Below, piece by piece: positions 9,858 to 24,295 of a stretch of DNA of 64,000 nucleotides (position 1 is its first letter; every line of letters begins with the position of its first letter). Under the pieces are notes generated by a model, which saw only the letters and a list, made by a program, of their open reading frames with translations, did no database searches and had not been told where the DNA came from. The DNA lies in NCBI GenBank assembly GCA_965223665.1, contig OZ245011.1, positions 2,912,001 to 2,976,000 of the forward strand, in the 5' to 3' direction. The translations under genes were made by a program, and so were the position numbers. Source of the DNA: Nitrospinaceae bacterium (GTDB taxonomy: Bacteria; Nitrospinota; Nitrospinia; Nitrospinales; Nitrospinaceae).

Positions 9858-9944
9858 TTGTATTTTGCCATTACTAGTTGCCAGTATTCTTTAGACGGTA
9901 TTCTAGCAAGGAAAAAATATTCAGCAACCCCAAAAAATCCAGGA

Positions 9945-11228
9945 TTATTTAACAGAAATAGATGTCAATCCATTCATATAGGGGCGAATGACTTCAGGAA
10001 TTTCAATACTGCCATCTGCTTTTTGGTAATTTTCCAGAACTGCAACAAATAAACGGCCCGCGGCCAATCCCGAACCATTTAAGGTATGGACCAATTCAGG
10101 TTTTCCACCTGTTTTTCTCTTAAATCTTATTTTTGCTCGCCGGGCCTGGTAGTCGGTAAAATTGCTGCATGATGAAATTTCTCTATAAGCATTTTGACTG
10201 GGTATCCAAACTTCCAGATCAAAAGTTTTTGCCGCAGAGAACCCCAGGTCCCCAGTACACAAATTGGCTACCCGGTAGGGCAGCTTAAGTTTCTCTAGAA
10301 TCGATTCCGCATCTTTAACTAATTTATCCAGTTCTTCATAGGATCTTTCAGGAGAAACAAATTTCACCAGTTCCACCTTGTCAAATTGATGCTGACGAAT
10401 AATACCCTGAGTATCTTTTCCATGAGAACCGGCCTCCCTTCGAAAACAGAGAGTATACGCCGCATAGGCAACAGGCAATTCTTCTTCTTTTAAAACTTCA
10501 TCGCGATGATAATTTGTCACAGGTACTTCCGCAGTAGGGATTAGATAAAAAGGATCTTCATTGAGTTTAAATAAATCCTCTTCGAACTTAGGAAGTTGCC
10601 CCGTTCCTTCTAATGTTTGTGCCTTTACAAGAACCGGAGGATAAATTTCCTGATAACCATTTTCCCGAGTTTGAATATCCAACATGAATTGGATTAATGC
10701 TCTTAATAATGTAGCGCCTTTTCCTTTAAACACCGCGAAGCGAGCCCCAGAAATTTTTGCAGCTCGTTTCAAATCTAATATATCTAACCCTTCTCCAAGC
10801 TCCAGATGATTTTTTATTTTAAAATCAAATTCCGGTTTTTCTCCCCAATATCTTAGAATTTCATTCTGTGATTCATCTTGACCTACAGGTACAGAAGGAT
10901 TGGGTAAGTTTGGAATTTTTAACAGAATCGAACGTATTTGATTTTCTGAGTCTCGGGTAACCTCTTCGAGATTTTTTATTTCAAGATTCATTTTCTTGAC
11001 CTGTTCCATCTGTTCAGAAGCATCTTTTCCTTCCCGTTTTAAATTGCCCACTTCTGCGGAAAGTTTATTTTTTTGATTTTTTAGAGTTTCCATTTGCTTT
11101 TGCTTATCCCGATGCTCCCCATCTTTTTGAATTAAACCATCCAGGTCCGCAGAAGTGCTTGCACCTCTTTGGTTGAGTTGATCTTTTATGGATTGAGAAT
11201 TTTCACGAATGTGTTTTATATCGAGCAT
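9945..11228 (-). CDS. serS: Seryl-tRNA synthetase
   Basis: [39 protein letters not shown]. Confidence 0.98.
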   Translation of the reverse strand: MLDIKHIRENSQSIKDQLNQRGASTSADLDGLIQKDGEHRDKQKQMETLKNQKNKLSAEVGNLKREGKDASEQMEQVKKMNLEIKNLEEVTRDSENQIRSILLKIPNLPNPSVPVGQDESQNEILRYWGEKPEFDFKIKNHLELGEGLDILDLKRAAKISGARFAVFKGKGATLLRALIQFMLDIQTRENGYQEIYPPVLVKAQTLEGTGQLPKFEEDLFKLNEDPFYLIPTAEVPVTNYHRDEVLKEEELPVAYAAYTLCFRREAGSHGKDTQGIIRQHQFDKVELVKFVSPERSYEELDKLVKDAESILEKLKLPYRVANLCTGDLGFSAAKTFDLEVWIPSQNAYREISSCSNFTDYQARRAKIRFKRKTGGKPELVHTLNGSGLAAGRLFVAVLENYQKADGSIEIPEVIRPYMNGLTSISVK

Positions 11229-12094
11229 TAGCGTCTGGACCTTTTTCTACTTCGTCTTTTATATCTGGGTATTTTCTTTTTAGAACGCCCACCCTTTTTG
11301 ATGCGTTTATTAATTCCCTCTAATTTCATTTTGATCAGGGCAGGATAGGGATAACTGTTTTCCATACTTTTGAATCGATTATAAGCCAGTTTCAATTTTC
11401 CTTCATCTTCTAAACAAGATGCCATGATAAATTCCATTTCATGGTTGAATCGACTTCCTGGATATTCAACTTTAAAATTAGAATATTGATCACGGGCATC
11501 TGGACAACGTTTTAACGAATAAAGTATTTCTGTGATCCTGTAATAAGTTTCTTCACTCCAGGGGTTGTGCGGATATTGCTCCAACAACATTTCTAATTCG
11601 ACCAGTGCCTGTTCATAATTATTTTTTTTGAGATAAATAATAGCAATTCGGAATTGGTGCTCCGGTTTAACCTCGGCATTATCAAAATTGTTAATTAATT
11701 TTTGATATTCAATAATTGCCTGGTCTAAATCCTCAAAAGAGTTTTCTACAATATCTGCAATATTTTTTTGAGCTTCATAAGCAAATTTGCCTGGAGGAAT
11801 CATTTCCACTACTTCCTGGAAATAACTGATGGCTTGTTCAGCCTCTCCCAATCCAAAATAATATATTTCACCCAGTCTATATAATGCTTCTTCTGCAAAA
11901 GGTCCGGAAGGTTTAATTTTTAATATTGATTTGAAAATTTCTACAGCACTATGGTTTCTACCTTCGACCCATTCTATATTGGCCTTTGTAAGTAATTCTT
12001 TTACTCGGGAATCTTCACAGCTCATGAAAAATAAAGCTACAAAAATAAGACCCATGAATCGCAAAGCCCAATTTCGGTATGAAATTAATTGCAT
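11228..12094 (-). CDS. TPR lipoprotein (BamD/CpoB-like repeats)
   Basis: Lipobox-like FMSC, multiple TPRs, basic C-terminal tail; stop overlaps serS start (TAATG). Confidence 0.75.
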   Translation of the reverse strand: MQLISYRNWALRFMGLIFVALFFMSCEDSRVKELLTKANIEWVEGRNHSAVEIFKSILKIKPSGPFAEEALYRLGEIYYFGLGEAEQAISYFQEVVEMIPPGKFAYEAQKNIADIVENSFEDLDQAIIEYQKLINNFDNAEVKPEHQFRIAIIYLKKNNYEQALVELEMLLEQYPHNPWSEETYYRITEILYSLKRCPDARDQYSNFKVEYPGSRFNHEMEFIMASCLEDEGKLKLAYNRFKSMENSYPYPALIKMKLEGINKRIKKGGRSKKKIPRYKRRSRKRSRR

Positions 12095-12134
12095 AAAAAA
12101 ATTTTCGGAAGTTTAAGAATATGAAAACAAACTA

Positions 12135-12173
12135 AAAAACCAAACGCCCCACAGTTTTTTTTAACTGGGGGCG
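12135..12173 (-). terminator. Intrinsic terminator after gyrA
   Basis: CGCCCC...GGGGCG stem with T-rich tail on the minus strand. Confidence 0.6.
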
Positions 12174-12244
12174 GAAATCCTCATTAAAAACATCTTTATG
12201 AATATACTTAGAAAAAACTTTTCTTATTCTTTAATATAAAAAGA

Positions 12245-14662
12245 TTATTCGACAAATTTTTCTACTGCCATTACACGATTGTCGTCTTCAATACGAGTAA
12301 GACGCACTCCCTGGGTATTGCGACCCATGGTGGAAATTTCATTCACCATCATTCGAATAATATTTCCTTTGGAGGTTACAATTAAAAGTTCGTCATTTTC
12401 ATTTACCTGTTCAACAGCAACTACAGAACCAATTTTCTCATTACATTTGATTGTAATAACTCCAAGACCACCACGCCCTTGTACTGGGTAATCATCCAAA
12501 GGAGTTCGTTTTCCATAACCCTTTTCTGTAACGGTCAAGATAGAGTTTCCAGGTTCAACAATATCTGCACCTACAACATAATCATCGCCCCGAAATCGAA
12601 TTCCCTGCACCCCTCGTCCTGTACGACCAATAGCTCGAACATCAGATTCATTAAAGCGAATGGACATACCCTCTTTAGTGACCAGCAACACATCTTTGGA
12701 ACCATCACTTAATTTAGCCGCAATCACACGATCACCAGCATCAACCGTTAACCCTATGATTCCGCCCTGTCGAACATTGCTATAAGCCATAAGAGATGTT
12801 TTTTTAACAACACCTCCCCTTGTGATGCAAATCACGAATTTATCTTTTTCAAATGTTTTCACCGATAAAATACTGGCGATTTTTTCATCGGGCTGTAAAT
12901 TGATTAAATTGGCAATTGATTTACCTTTCGCCGTTCGGCCTGCCTCAGGGAGGTTATACACTTTTAGCCAATGAATTTTTCCAATACTCGTAAAAATTAA
13001 TAGATAATCCAGGGTCGAAGCAACAAACAACTGATGGACCACATCCAGTTCAACAACCCCCATCCCTTTAACGCCTTTTCCACCCCTCTTTTGTGATCGG
13101 TAGTTTGCTATATTCTGTCGCTTAATATAACCACTTCGAGAATAGGTCACCACAACATCCTCATCTGCAATCATATCTTCGATGTGAATTTCAGCTTCAT
13201 CCGTTTCAATTATTTCTGTACGACGGTCATCACCATACTTATCTTTGATTTCCGTCAACTCGTCTCGAATAATTTTTAATTTTACATCTTCATTCGCCAA
13301 AATATTTTCAAATTTTGCTATCTCCTTTCGGGTCGCTTCCAACTCATCCACAATCTTTTGCCGTTCCAACCCGGTCAATCTCTGCAAACGCATATCCAAA
13401 ATAGCTTTTGCTTGAATTTCAGAGAGTTCAAACTGGTTCATTAAACCAGTTTTTGCCTCACTAGGGTCAGCTGCTTGACGAATTAGCTTCACCACTGCAT
13501 CCATGTTATCGATGGCTATTTTCAGACCTTCAAAAATGTGCTCTTTTTCCCGTGCTTTTTTGAGATCAAATTCAGTCCGACGAGTAACAATCTCTTGACG
13601 AAAAATAATAAACTGATGCAACATTTCCTTCAGGTTTAGGACCTTGGGTTCTTTTCTTACCAAAGCAAGCATAATAATCCCAAAGGTCTCCTGCATCTGC
13701 GTGTTTTTATAAAGCGTATTCAGCACCACCTGGGAGTTGATACCTTTTTTAAGTTCAATAACGACCCGAATTCCATCACGATCCGATTCATCCCTTAAAT
13801 CAGAAATTCCTTCCAGACGTTTATCTCGAACCAGTTGTGCAATTTTTTCCATTAATCGAGCTTTATTAACTTGATAGGGTAATTCGCGGACAATAATATA
13901 TTCACGGTCGCCTTTAGCATTATTTTCAATTTCAACCCGGGCTCGTACTTTTATTTGTCCCCGACCTGTGTGATAAGCAGATCGAATTCCTGAGGTACCA
14001 AATATCAAACCCTGAGTTGGAAAATCTGGTCCAGGAACAATTTGAATAAGATCTTCAATTGTACTATCCGGTTCATTTATCAAATGAATAGTGGCATTAA
14101 CTACTTCTCTTAAATTATGGGGAGGAATATTTGTGGCCATTCCTACTGCAATACCAGAAGCACCGTTTACCAATAATTGAGGGAAAGCAGCAGGTAAAAC
14201 TGTCGGTTCTGTCAATGATTCGTCATAATTTGGAACATATTGAACCGTATCCTTCTCCAGATCCCGCAGCATTTCCTGGGTAATTTGTTCCATCCGAATT
14301 TCTGTATACCGCATTGCAGCTGCAGAATCCCCATCCACCGATCCAAAATTTCCCTGGCCATCTACCAAGGGATATCGCAGGGAAAAAGGTTGTGCCATTC
14401 GTACGATCGTGTCATAAACAGCCATTTCTCCATGGGGATGATATTTACCTATAACATCACCAACAATACGGGCTGACTTTTTGTAGGGTCTATTAAAGGT
14501 ATTGCTTTGCTCATGCATTGCAAAAAGCGTTCGCCGATGAACCGGTTTTAAACCATCTCGAATATCAGGTAATGCCCTGCCAATAATAACGCTCATGGCA
14601 TAGTCGAGATAAGCACTACGCATTTCATCTTCAATATTTATTTTCTCAATTATTTCGCCCAT
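12245..14662 (-). CDS. gyrA: DNA gyrase subunit A
   Basis: [21 protein letters not shown], GyrA box QKRGGKG. Confidence 0.98.
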   Translation of the reverse strand: MGEIIEKINIEDEMRSAYLDYAMSVIIGRALPDIRDGLKPVHRRTLFAMHEQSNTFNRPYKKSARIVGDVIGKYHPHGEMAVYDTIVRMAQPFSLRYPLVDGQGNFGSVDGDSAAAMRYTEIRMEQITQEMLRDLEKDTVQYVPNYDESLTEPTVLPAAFPQLLVNGASGIAVGMATNIPPHNLREVVNATIHLINEPDSTIEDLIQIVPGPDFPTQGLIFGTSGIRSAYHTGRGQIKVRARVEIENNAKGDREYIIVRELPYQVNKARLMEKIAQLVRDKRLEGISDLRDESDRDGIRVVIELKKGINSQVVLNTLYKNTQMQETFGIIMLALVRKEPKVLNLKEMLHQFIIFRQEIVTRRTEFDLKKAREKEHIFEGLKIAIDNMDAVVKLIRQAADPSEAKTGLMNQFELSEIQAKAILDMRLQRLTGLERQKIVDELEATRKEIAKFENILANEDVKLKIIRDELTEIKDKYGDDRRTEIIETDEAEIHIEDMIADEDVVVTYSRSGYIKRQNIANYRSQKRGGKGVKGMGVVELDVVHQLFVASTLDYLLIFTSIGKIHWLKVYNLPEAGRTAKGKSIANLINLQPDEKIASILSVKTFEKDKFVICITRGGVVKKTSLMAYSNVRQGGIIGLTVDAGDRVIAAKLSDGSKDVLLVTKEGMSIRFNESDVRAIGRTGRGVQGIRFRGDDYVVGADIVEPGNSILTVTEKGYGKRTPLDDYPVQGRGGLGVITIKCNEKIGSVVAVEQVNENDELLIVTSKGNIIRMMVNEISTMGRNTQGVRLTRIEDDNRVMAVEKFVE

Positions 14663-14818
14663 AAATTTTTAAACAGATTTAAGTTTTGATGATTAGCTCG
14701 CCTTTTGTTAAGGAGCTCTTTCAGGAGGACTTTTTCATTCTTAATGTTCCGTGGAATTTGCTTTCTTGAAAAAATCTAAATTTTTTTTTAAAAATCAGAG
14801 AATATGTATGACGGAAAA

Positions 14819-17422
<2,604 letters not shown>

Positions 17423-17660
17423 TTACTAGTATTAATCTAAAAAATAGTTAAAGAATAAAAACTTTTAGTAGAAGTTGTAGGGGCTGTGAGTAAGTGGGAA
17501 AATACCGTAATTATTGAATTTTAAAGGAAAATATTAAAGAATAATTTCTGAAATACTCGAGTCACTCCAGCACCGGGTGGGGAAAAATCCTTTCCTTATA
17601 TATTATACTCTATTTTAAGCAATTATATTCACAAAATTTTGACCGTTTTTCCACAATTTT
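17423..17660. other. oriC: Probable oriC unwinding region (AT-rich DUE, DnaA-trios, DnaA boxes)
   Basis: TAG TAG AAG TTG TAG (17466-17480), GGGC, TGTGAGTAA (17485-17493); further boxes TGGGGAAAA (17578), ATATTCACA (17625), TTTTCCACA (17647). Confidence 0.8.
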
Positions 17661-18998
17661 CTAACTTTCCAGAGACTTGATAATTTGCTGAACGGTCTTG
17701 GATAACTCATTGTTTTCTTTCAAAATACCGGTAATTTTTTTATGGGAAAATATGACGGTGGTATGATCTTTACCCCCAAACTGTTTTCCAATTTCCGGTA
17801 AGGAAGATTGAGTGTATTCGCGGCAAATATACATGGCAATTTGCCGTGGGATGGAGATGTCTCGAGAGCGTTTTTTGGACTTCAAATCGGTTACTTTAAT
17901 TTGAAAATATTGGGCAACCGTTTTTTGAATATTATGGATGGTAAAGTTGCGATTTTTGTCTACAGTAAAATCTTTCAGAACTTCCTTGGCTAATTCTAAA
18001 TTAAGATCTCTTTTCGTGAAAGAGGCATAAGCGATCACCCTTAAGAGTAATCCTTCTAATTCTCGAATATTGGATTTGATATTGTTTGCTAAAAACATCG
18101 CTACATCTTGAGGGATTTTCTTTTTATGGGTCTCCGCTTTTTGAAATAAAATAGCCATTTTTGTTTCTAAATCGGGCGGCATGATATCTGCGATCAACCC
18201 ACTTTCGAAACGGGACCGGAGACGCTCCTCTATTTTTTGCATATCTTTCGGATATCGATCACTGGATATTACAATTTGCTTATGATATTCGTAAAGTGAA
18301 TTAAAGGTATAAAAAAACTCTTCTTGTGTTCTTTCTTTTCCTGCAATAAATTGAACATCATCCACCAATAAAACGTCTAAGGGGCGATATCTTTCCCTGA
18401 ACTGAGGCATTCTGTCTTTTTTGATGGATTCAATTAAATCAATGGTAAAACTTTCCGCAGAAATGTAACGTACTCGAATGTTCGGATTATTTTTGACGAT
18501 TTCATTTCCAATGGCATGGAGCAAATGAGTTTTCCCTAAACCCACGGCCCCATAAATAAACAATGGATTGTAATTTTGAGCGGGGTTTTGAACTACAGCC
18601 TGACAAGCGGCGTGAGCAAATTGGTTATTGGGTCCAATGACAAAATTTTCAAAAGTATATTTTATATTTAAAAAGGTTAAATTTGTTGGAGATTTGAACT
18701 CATTAATATCTTCTTTTTTTTTCGTTTTATTTTTTAAGGTAATTTCTTCAGAACTTTGAGGCTCTCCCACCAAAAATTGAACTTTTAAATCTTTTTTGGA
18801 TACATTGTTGAGAGTTTTTTGAATTAGATCAAGGTAGTTTTCTGTTAAACAACGTTCGAAAAATTGGTTGGGGACAGCTAAGGTAAAGTTCCCATCTTCC
18901 TGATTGCAGGGATAGATAGGTGTAAACCAAGTTAAAAAATTTTCTGGAAGAATTTTTTTTTCTATTTCATCAAGACAGTTTTTCCAAAGAATTTCCAT
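17661..18998 (-). CDS. dnaA: Chromosomal replication initiator DnaA
   Basis: YNPLFIYGAVGLGKTHL, LLVDDVQF, SRFESGL, FGGKDHTTV. Confidence 0.98.
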   Translation of the reverse strand: MEILWKNCLDEIEKKILPENFLTWFTPIYPCNQEDGNFTLAVPNQFFERCLTENYLDLIQKTLNNVSKKDLKVQFLVGEPQSSEEITLKNKTKKKEDINEFKSPTNLTFLNIKYTFENFVIGPNNQFAHAACQAVVQNPAQNYNPLFIYGAVGLGKTHLLHAIGNEIVKNNPNIRVRYISAESFTIDLIESIKKDRMPQFRERYRPLDVLLVDDVQFIAGKERTQEEFFYTFNSLYEYHKQIVISSDRYPKDMQKIEERLRSRFESGLIADIMPPDLETKMAILFQKAETHKKKIPQDVAMFLANNIKSNIRELEGLLLRVIAYASFTKRDLNLELAKEVLKDFTVDKNRNFTIHNIQKTVAQYFQIKVTDLKSKKRSRDISIPRQIAMYICREYTQSSLPEIGKQFGGKDHTTVIFSHKKITGILKENNELSKTVQQIIKSLES

Positions 18999-19425
18999 AA
19001 GGCACTTTAAGAAAAGTTTTTGGGTGGGGAGTTAGGAATATATAAGACGAGATTTAGGAAATCAATAGGAAAAAAAACGAAAATGGATTTTTATTCGCTA
19101 AGTGTTTTGAAATAGAAGTTTTTCAGGAAAAATTTTTTTTAAAAAATTATTTTTTTCCGCCCACAATTTTAACCTTTCAAGGTATTACCTGTTGGGTCTA
19201 TTTTTTATTCATTTGAATCTAAATAAGTTAATCGCTTTTATTAAGAATTAAGGTTTTAATTGGGCGGGTACCGAGTAATAGAAATTGTTTCAATAATGTC
19301 ATAATTTTTAGGACAGACCAAGTTAAGATATTGTTTTTGTAATATTCACGATTAAAATTTTAATTGAAATGGAGTTTAAAATTTATTTAAAACAAATAAA
19401 AAATTGAGTTGTAATTTTTATTTCT

Positions 19426-20991
19426 TTAAACTTTATTGACTTGAAGAGATAATTTTTTATTGAAAGAATAATTTGATAAGTCTTGCTCCCTTATTTGAGG
19501 AAACGAAATTTTTACCAAGGTTCCTTTTCCCAAATTACTTGTAACATCAAGTTGGCCATTGAGCTTGCCAATTAAGTTTCTAATTATGCTATAACCTAAG
19601 CCGGTCCCTGCTTCTCCCTCAGTGCCTAGATCAGATGTTCTAGAGAAAGGTTGAAAAATAGAATTTAACTTTTCTTTAGACATTCCCACTCCATTATCCC
19701 GAATTGCTAATTCCAATCGGTCATTTTCGACCTCCTGAAGTAATAATTCGATTCGACCTTCTTTTGGAGTGAACTTGATTGAATTGGTAATTATATTGGT
19801 CACAATTCTTTGTAGAGCTGTATGGTTTCCCAGGATCCAATCAGTTTGGCTTTTGGTTCTGGACTCAATGGTAATATTTTTGCTTTTTGCCATAGGATTA
19901 AGAGTTGAAAGAGTATCCTCTATCGATTCCTGAATAGAAATCGGATAAGTTTCCAATGGCTGATCTTCAGTTTGAATTTGACTAAGACTTAGCAAATCAT
20001 TGACTAGGGATATTAAAAACTCTGAAGAAGAAAATATTTGTTTTGCGTAATTTTTCGTAGTTTGATCATCCACGGTTTGGGAGGACATTATTTCCGCGTA
20101 ACCTTTTATTGAAGTTATGGGACTTTTTAAATCATGTGAGCAAATTGCTAAGAAATTGTCTTTTAGTTTGTTTAATTTTTTTAGTTCTTCAATATTTTTT
20201 TTAAGATTTTTATTTAAAATTACCACGTTGAGATGAACATGAAGTCGGGCCAAAAATTCTTCTTTTGTAAAAGGTTTGGATAAATAGTCTGTACCCCCAG
20301 CTCGGAACATTTTTAATATATAAGACTGTTCATTTAATGAGCTAAGGAAAAAGATAGGAATATTTTCATTTTTCATTCCATACCTGATTTTTTTGCAAAG
20401 TTCCTCTCCAGACATTTGAGGCATAATTACATCAGTGACAATGAGATCAATTTTTGATTGATTTTGTTTATAAATTTCTAGGGCTTCATAACCATTTTCT
20501 GCCTCTAGGACATCGATTCCTTCTGCGGTTAAAATATCTTTCAAAAGAAAACGCACTACTTTAGAATCTTCTGCCACCAAGGCTGTCAGACCATTGAAAA
20601 TAGTTTTTGGGTTTAATATTTTTTGAATTCTGTTAACCAATTCACCTTTTAAAATGGGTTTTGATAAAAATTCAATGGCTCCATGGTTAAACCCTTTAAT
20701 TCTTTCTTCAAATGTATCTTGTTCTGTAATAAAAATGACCGGAGGGGGGAGAAAGTCTTTTAATTTTAAACTTTTTTTCCATTCGGATGATCTTAATCTT
20801 TTATAGGTTTCAAAACCGTTTAGATTGGGCATTTCCACATCCATGGTAATTAAATCCACGGATGTGGAAAGTAATATATCCAAGGCATCGAATCCGTTTG
20901 AAGCTTCAAAAACCTGGAAACCGTGGTTTTCCAATTCTATTTTGATATTTTTTCTAATTGATTTATTGTCGTCGACGACGAGAATTCTCAT
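19426..20991 (-). CDS. Hybrid histidine kinase (REC-REC-HisKA-HATPase)
   Basis: Two receiver domains (DVEMP, DVIMP), SHDLKSP H-box, NSIKFT, GTGLG. Confidence 0.9.
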   Translation of the reverse strand: MRILVVDDNKSIRKNIKIELENHGFQVFEASNGFDALDILLSTSVDLITMDVEMPNLNGFETYKRLRSSEWKKSLKLKDFLPPPVIFITEQDTFEERIKGFNHGAIEFLSKPILKGELVNRIQKILNPKTIFNGLTALVAEDSKVVRFLLKDILTAEGIDVLEAENGYEALEIYKQNQSKIDLIVTDVIMPQMSGEELCKKIRYGMKNENIPIFFLSSLNEQSYILKMFRAGGTDYLSKPFTKEEFLARLHVHLNVVILNKNLKKNIEELKKLNKLKDNFLAICSHDLKSPITSIKGYAEIMSSQTVDDQTTKNYAKQIFSSSEFLISLVNDLLSLSQIQTEDQPLETYPISIQESIEDTLSTLNPMAKSKNITIESRTKSQTDWILGNHTALQRIVTNIITNSIKFTPKEGRIELLLQEVENDRLELAIRDNGVGMSKEKLNSIFQPFSRTSDLGTEGEAGTGLGYSIIRNLIGKLNGQLDVTSNLGKGTLVKISFPQIREQDLSNYSFNKKLSLQVNKV

Positions 20992-21326
20992 ACTACCCTT
21001 TTTTAGCTAATTCTTATATTAGCCAGAGTAATGGCAAAAACGGTTTTTTACAACTCATTACAATCAAGAAATTAATTGATGAAGAAAAAAAAAATTAATA
21101 ATAAATTTCGGTAACAGGAAAATTTTGGAAGAATTAAAATTTTAAATTTTTGAATAAAAAATAGGATTGATTGTTTCTAAAATTAATAATTATTTTGAAA
21201 AGTCAAAAGATATTTTAATGGATTGGTGGGAATTCAAATTTTGTAAATAAAAAAATCTTTGTTTTTAATACGAATTTATTGGAATAAGAGAAATTAAAAA
21301 CAAAAATATTAGAGGGGGTTCCCAAA

Positions 21327-22880
21327 TTAACCTGGAAAAGTAAGGGAAGGGGGATTTTTAGGGTTCTCTAAATTTTTTTTATAAAAATTATTTAAAATAG
21401 CGTTCCCTTTTTCATTTTTTTTAACAAATAATTTACTCATGGGATCCTGATATATTTTTTCCCAATTTTTCAAATTTTCCATTTTTTTGCTGAAGGGACT
21501 TTTCAGAGCTGTTACCACATACTGAGTTGGAAATTTTTCCAATAAAATGTTGTTGTTATCGGATTGTATTCTTAAGGCTTCATTTAATTTTATTAGTTTT
21601 TCTGGATATACTGTTCGGAACCTTCCATCAATGGCAACCTTGGAAAGAGGAAAATGCCAAATGAAAAACTCTCCCCAATCGAAAGGAACCAAAAGGTTTC
21701 CTTGAATATTATTCGCTTTCATAAATTGTGCTAAATAAGTTGGATAAACCTGCGGTTCTACCATTATCTTAAACTTGGATCCAGAATAATTATTGAATAA
21801 AAAATACGATTGGCAAAGGAAGAATATGACTAAACAAGCATTGGTTACGGACCGAAAATCATTTGATAATTTTGAAAATACTTGTTTAAAATTGATTTGT
21901 TCTGTCCATTGAGTTACTTGAAATGGTAGATAGGTTGCTAAAAGAATTACTGCCAGTACGGTGTGGCGTTGATGTTTATATCCATAAAAAATTGCAAATA
22001 ACAGGACTAATAATTCCCATGGCCGTTTATTTTTTGTAGTAAATATGCTTAACACAAATAATAAGGAAAGTATTTTATACTGCCAAAAATCCCAACCTCT
22101 CCATGGGACAGGAGCCCACTCGGAAATGTTTCTGGGAAGTCCTAATGATTGGATAAAAAATAACCATAGCTTATAGCCATAAGGGTTTATTAATACTGCG
22201 ACACAGGAAAGCATAAAACACTGCAATAAAATTTTTGGAAAGGGCTCTTTAGTTATTAACTTTTGAATTATTTCAACAAAAGTTATAACCCCAAAAATTC
22301 CTAATCCTGCTACCACCCCACCATGACAATTGACCCACGCTAAAAAAATTACCGGAACCCAATATAATGATTTTTGTGCTCCATCAAAATGTTTTTGTAT
22401 TTGCAGAATAAGGAGTGTAAGAAAAAATAGGGTAAGTAAATGAGGTCGAGTCATAAAGGCTGGACCCATGACACTTGTGATTAGAGGAAAGGTAACGAAA
22501 TAAGCTGTATAGTTATTGGAACGTGAAAAATAATAGTTCGATAATAAATGAATCACTGCAAATCCAAGTAGTAACTTAAAGGCAAGTAGACCTGTGGAAT
22601 CGAAAAACCGGAAAATTAGAAAAAATCCAACTTCAGTCAACCATTCATGGTTTATCCAGGTTTCACCAAATGCGGTATAGGAATATGGATCCGTGACATG
22701 GACTTTTCCTTCTCGCCAAATATCCTCACCAAATTTAATATGACCCCAAAGATCTGGATCGGCAGTTACATAAGAAAATTGGATTAATGCAATAGAATAG
22801 ACAAGTAATCGGGCCAATATGTGAAAGACTTTGTTGGAAAAATAGGAATGGGAAAACGGTTTTATTGGTGAAGTATCCAT
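21327..22880 (-). CDS. Polytopic membrane protein, possible GT-C-fold glycosyltransferase
   Basis: About 11 TM segments; DPDLWGH, WINHEW, RPH, WVNCHGG, EW, IDGR motifs. Confidence 0.55.
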   Translation of the reverse strand: MDTSPIKPFSHSYFSNKVFHILARLLVYSIALIQFSYVTADPDLWGHIKFGEDIWREGKVHVTDPYSYTAFGETWINHEWLTEVGFFLIFRFFDSTGLLAFKLLLGFAVIHLLSNYYFSRSNNYTAYFVTFPLITSVMGPAFMTRPHLLTLFFLTLLILQIQKHFDGAQKSLYWVPVIFLAWVNCHGGVVAGLGIFGVITFVEIIQKLITKEPFPKILLQCFMLSCVAVLINPYGYKLWLFFIQSLGLPRNISEWAPVPWRGWDFWQYKILSLLFVLSIFTTKNKRPWELLVLLFAIFYGYKHQRHTVLAVILLATYLPFQVTQWTEQINFKQVFSKLSNDFRSVTNACLVIFFLCQSYFLFNNYSGSKFKIMVEPQVYPTYLAQFMKANNIQGNLLVPFDWGEFFIWHFPLSKVAIDGRFRTVYPEKLIKLNEALRIQSDNNNILLEKFPTQYVVTALKSPFSKKMENLKNWEKIYQDPMSKLFVKKNEKGNAILNNFYKKNLENPKNPPSLTFPG

Positions 22881-23052
22881 TCTTAATAATTTAAGGGGTA
22901 GATTCCTTTGACCTCAAGAAAAAAATGAGGGTTTTGAATAATCAGATAAATTTAGAATTCTATTTTTTTATAAAGTTCCATGTTTGAAATCCCAAATAAG
23001 AGTGCCATAATAAAGAAAAATTGAATTATGCAGTTTTATTTAGGAGAGTGGT

Positions 23053-23841
23053 TTGAAAATCATTGTATGTATAAAACAGGTTGTTGATACAGGTGCTAGC
23101 CTTGAAATTAAAGATGGTAGGGTAAATTTTGAGGGGAGTCCGCGAGTATTGAATCCTTATGATGAATTTGCCGTAGAAGAAGCAGTTAGAATTCGTGAAA
23201 ATCAACCTGAGGCCGAAATAACCTTAATTACACTTGGACCAGATAACTATAAAGATACCCTGCGTAAAGGACTTGCTATGGGGGCCGACCAAGCTGTACA
23301 TTTGTTGGACCCTTCCTTTGAAAATTTGGATTCTTTAGGAATAGCACGAGCATTGTCCATGGCCATAAAAACTATGAGCTACGATTTGGTATTGTGCGGC
23401 CGACAAGCGGTTGATGATGACATGGCTCAGGTGGGGCCTTGTTTGGCCACTTTGTTAAAGATTCCCTGTGTAACAGTTATTACTGAGCTTACATTTTTTG
23501 AAGATTTTTCAAAGGCCACGGTAACCAGGCAAATTGAAGGAGGTTCGGAAATTATTGAAACTTCCTTGCCGGCCTTGTTTACCTGTCAAAAAGGGTTAAA
23601 TGAACCAAGGTTACCTTCTTTAAAAGGAATTATGGCTGCAAAAAAGAAAAAAGTGACCACCCTCAGTGCCGCTGATATTGGGTTCGACTCAGCTACAATG
23701 GGTGTGGGGGTTAATAAAACAGAGCAAATCGAATTATCCCTGCCACCCTCTAGGAAAAAGGGAGTGATTCTTGAAGGATCGGTAGCTGAAGTAAGTGCTG
23801 AATTAGCCTCTACCTTACGTAATGAGGTAAAGGTAATCTAA
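23053..23841 (+). CDS. etfB: Electron transfer flavoprotein beta subunit
   Basis: IVCIKQV, NPYDEFAVEEA, AMGAD, CGRQAVDDD, NEPRLPSLKGIM; TTG start with AGGAG RBS. Confidence 0.95.
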   Translation: MKIIVCIKQVVDTGASLEIKDGRVNFEGSPRVLNPYDEFAVEEAVRIRENQPEAEITLITLGPDNYKDTLRKGLAMGADQAVHLLDPSFENLDSLGIARALSMAIKTMSYDLVLCGRQAVDDDMAQVGPCLATLLKIPCVTVITELTFFEDFSKATVTRQIEGGSEIIETSLPALFTCQKGLNEPRLPSLKGIMAAKKKKVTTLSAADIGFDSATMGVGVNKTEQIELSLPPSRKKGVILEGSVAEVSAELASTLRNEVKVI

Positions 23842-23908
23842 TATTATTCCGTTAGGTTTTTTAGCATTACTCATTAATTAAGTTCCAGACTCTTATTGAG
23901 AAATTATT

Positions 23909-24070
23909 TTGGAAACTACTGCTAAAATTTTTTGGGAAAAAAATAAAGCTCGAATTGGAATCGGTTTTTTAGTGACTTATGTTTTTCTCCTGGGATTAGG
24001 TACGGTGGGAGAGTTGTGGGACATTGAATGGATTCTGGACCTTCCTCTTTTTCGCCCTCCAGGAAAGTAG
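23909..24070 (+). CDS. Small membrane protein, 53 aa (not in ORF track)
   Basis: TTG start; METTAKIFWEKNKARIGIGFLVTYVFLLGLGTVGELWDIEWILDLPLFRPPGK, one TM helix preceded by basic residues. Confidence 0.65.
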   Translation: METTAKIFWEKNKARIGIGFLVTYVFLLGLGTVGELWDIEWILDLPLFRPPGK

Positions 24071-24295
24071 TTTTTCTACCAGCTTGAATTTAATGTGGGT
24101 TCTATTTCCCGTTTTTACAATGATTTTTGTCAACTCGTGCATTTAAAACTCCACTAAATTATTCTAATCTTCTTTTTAGAAGTTCTGATAATTCTTTTAA
24201 TAAAAAAGGCTTTTCAGTGGATTGACCTGGGGTAAGGTTTCGCGATAGTCTTGTTAAGATAATAAAGATTTTTGCCTGCGGGCGGAGGAGGTTTT

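Noticed and set aside
14745-14758. TGTTCCGTGGAATT as a parS site
   Set aside because: It lacks the central CACGTG spacing and is too degenerate.
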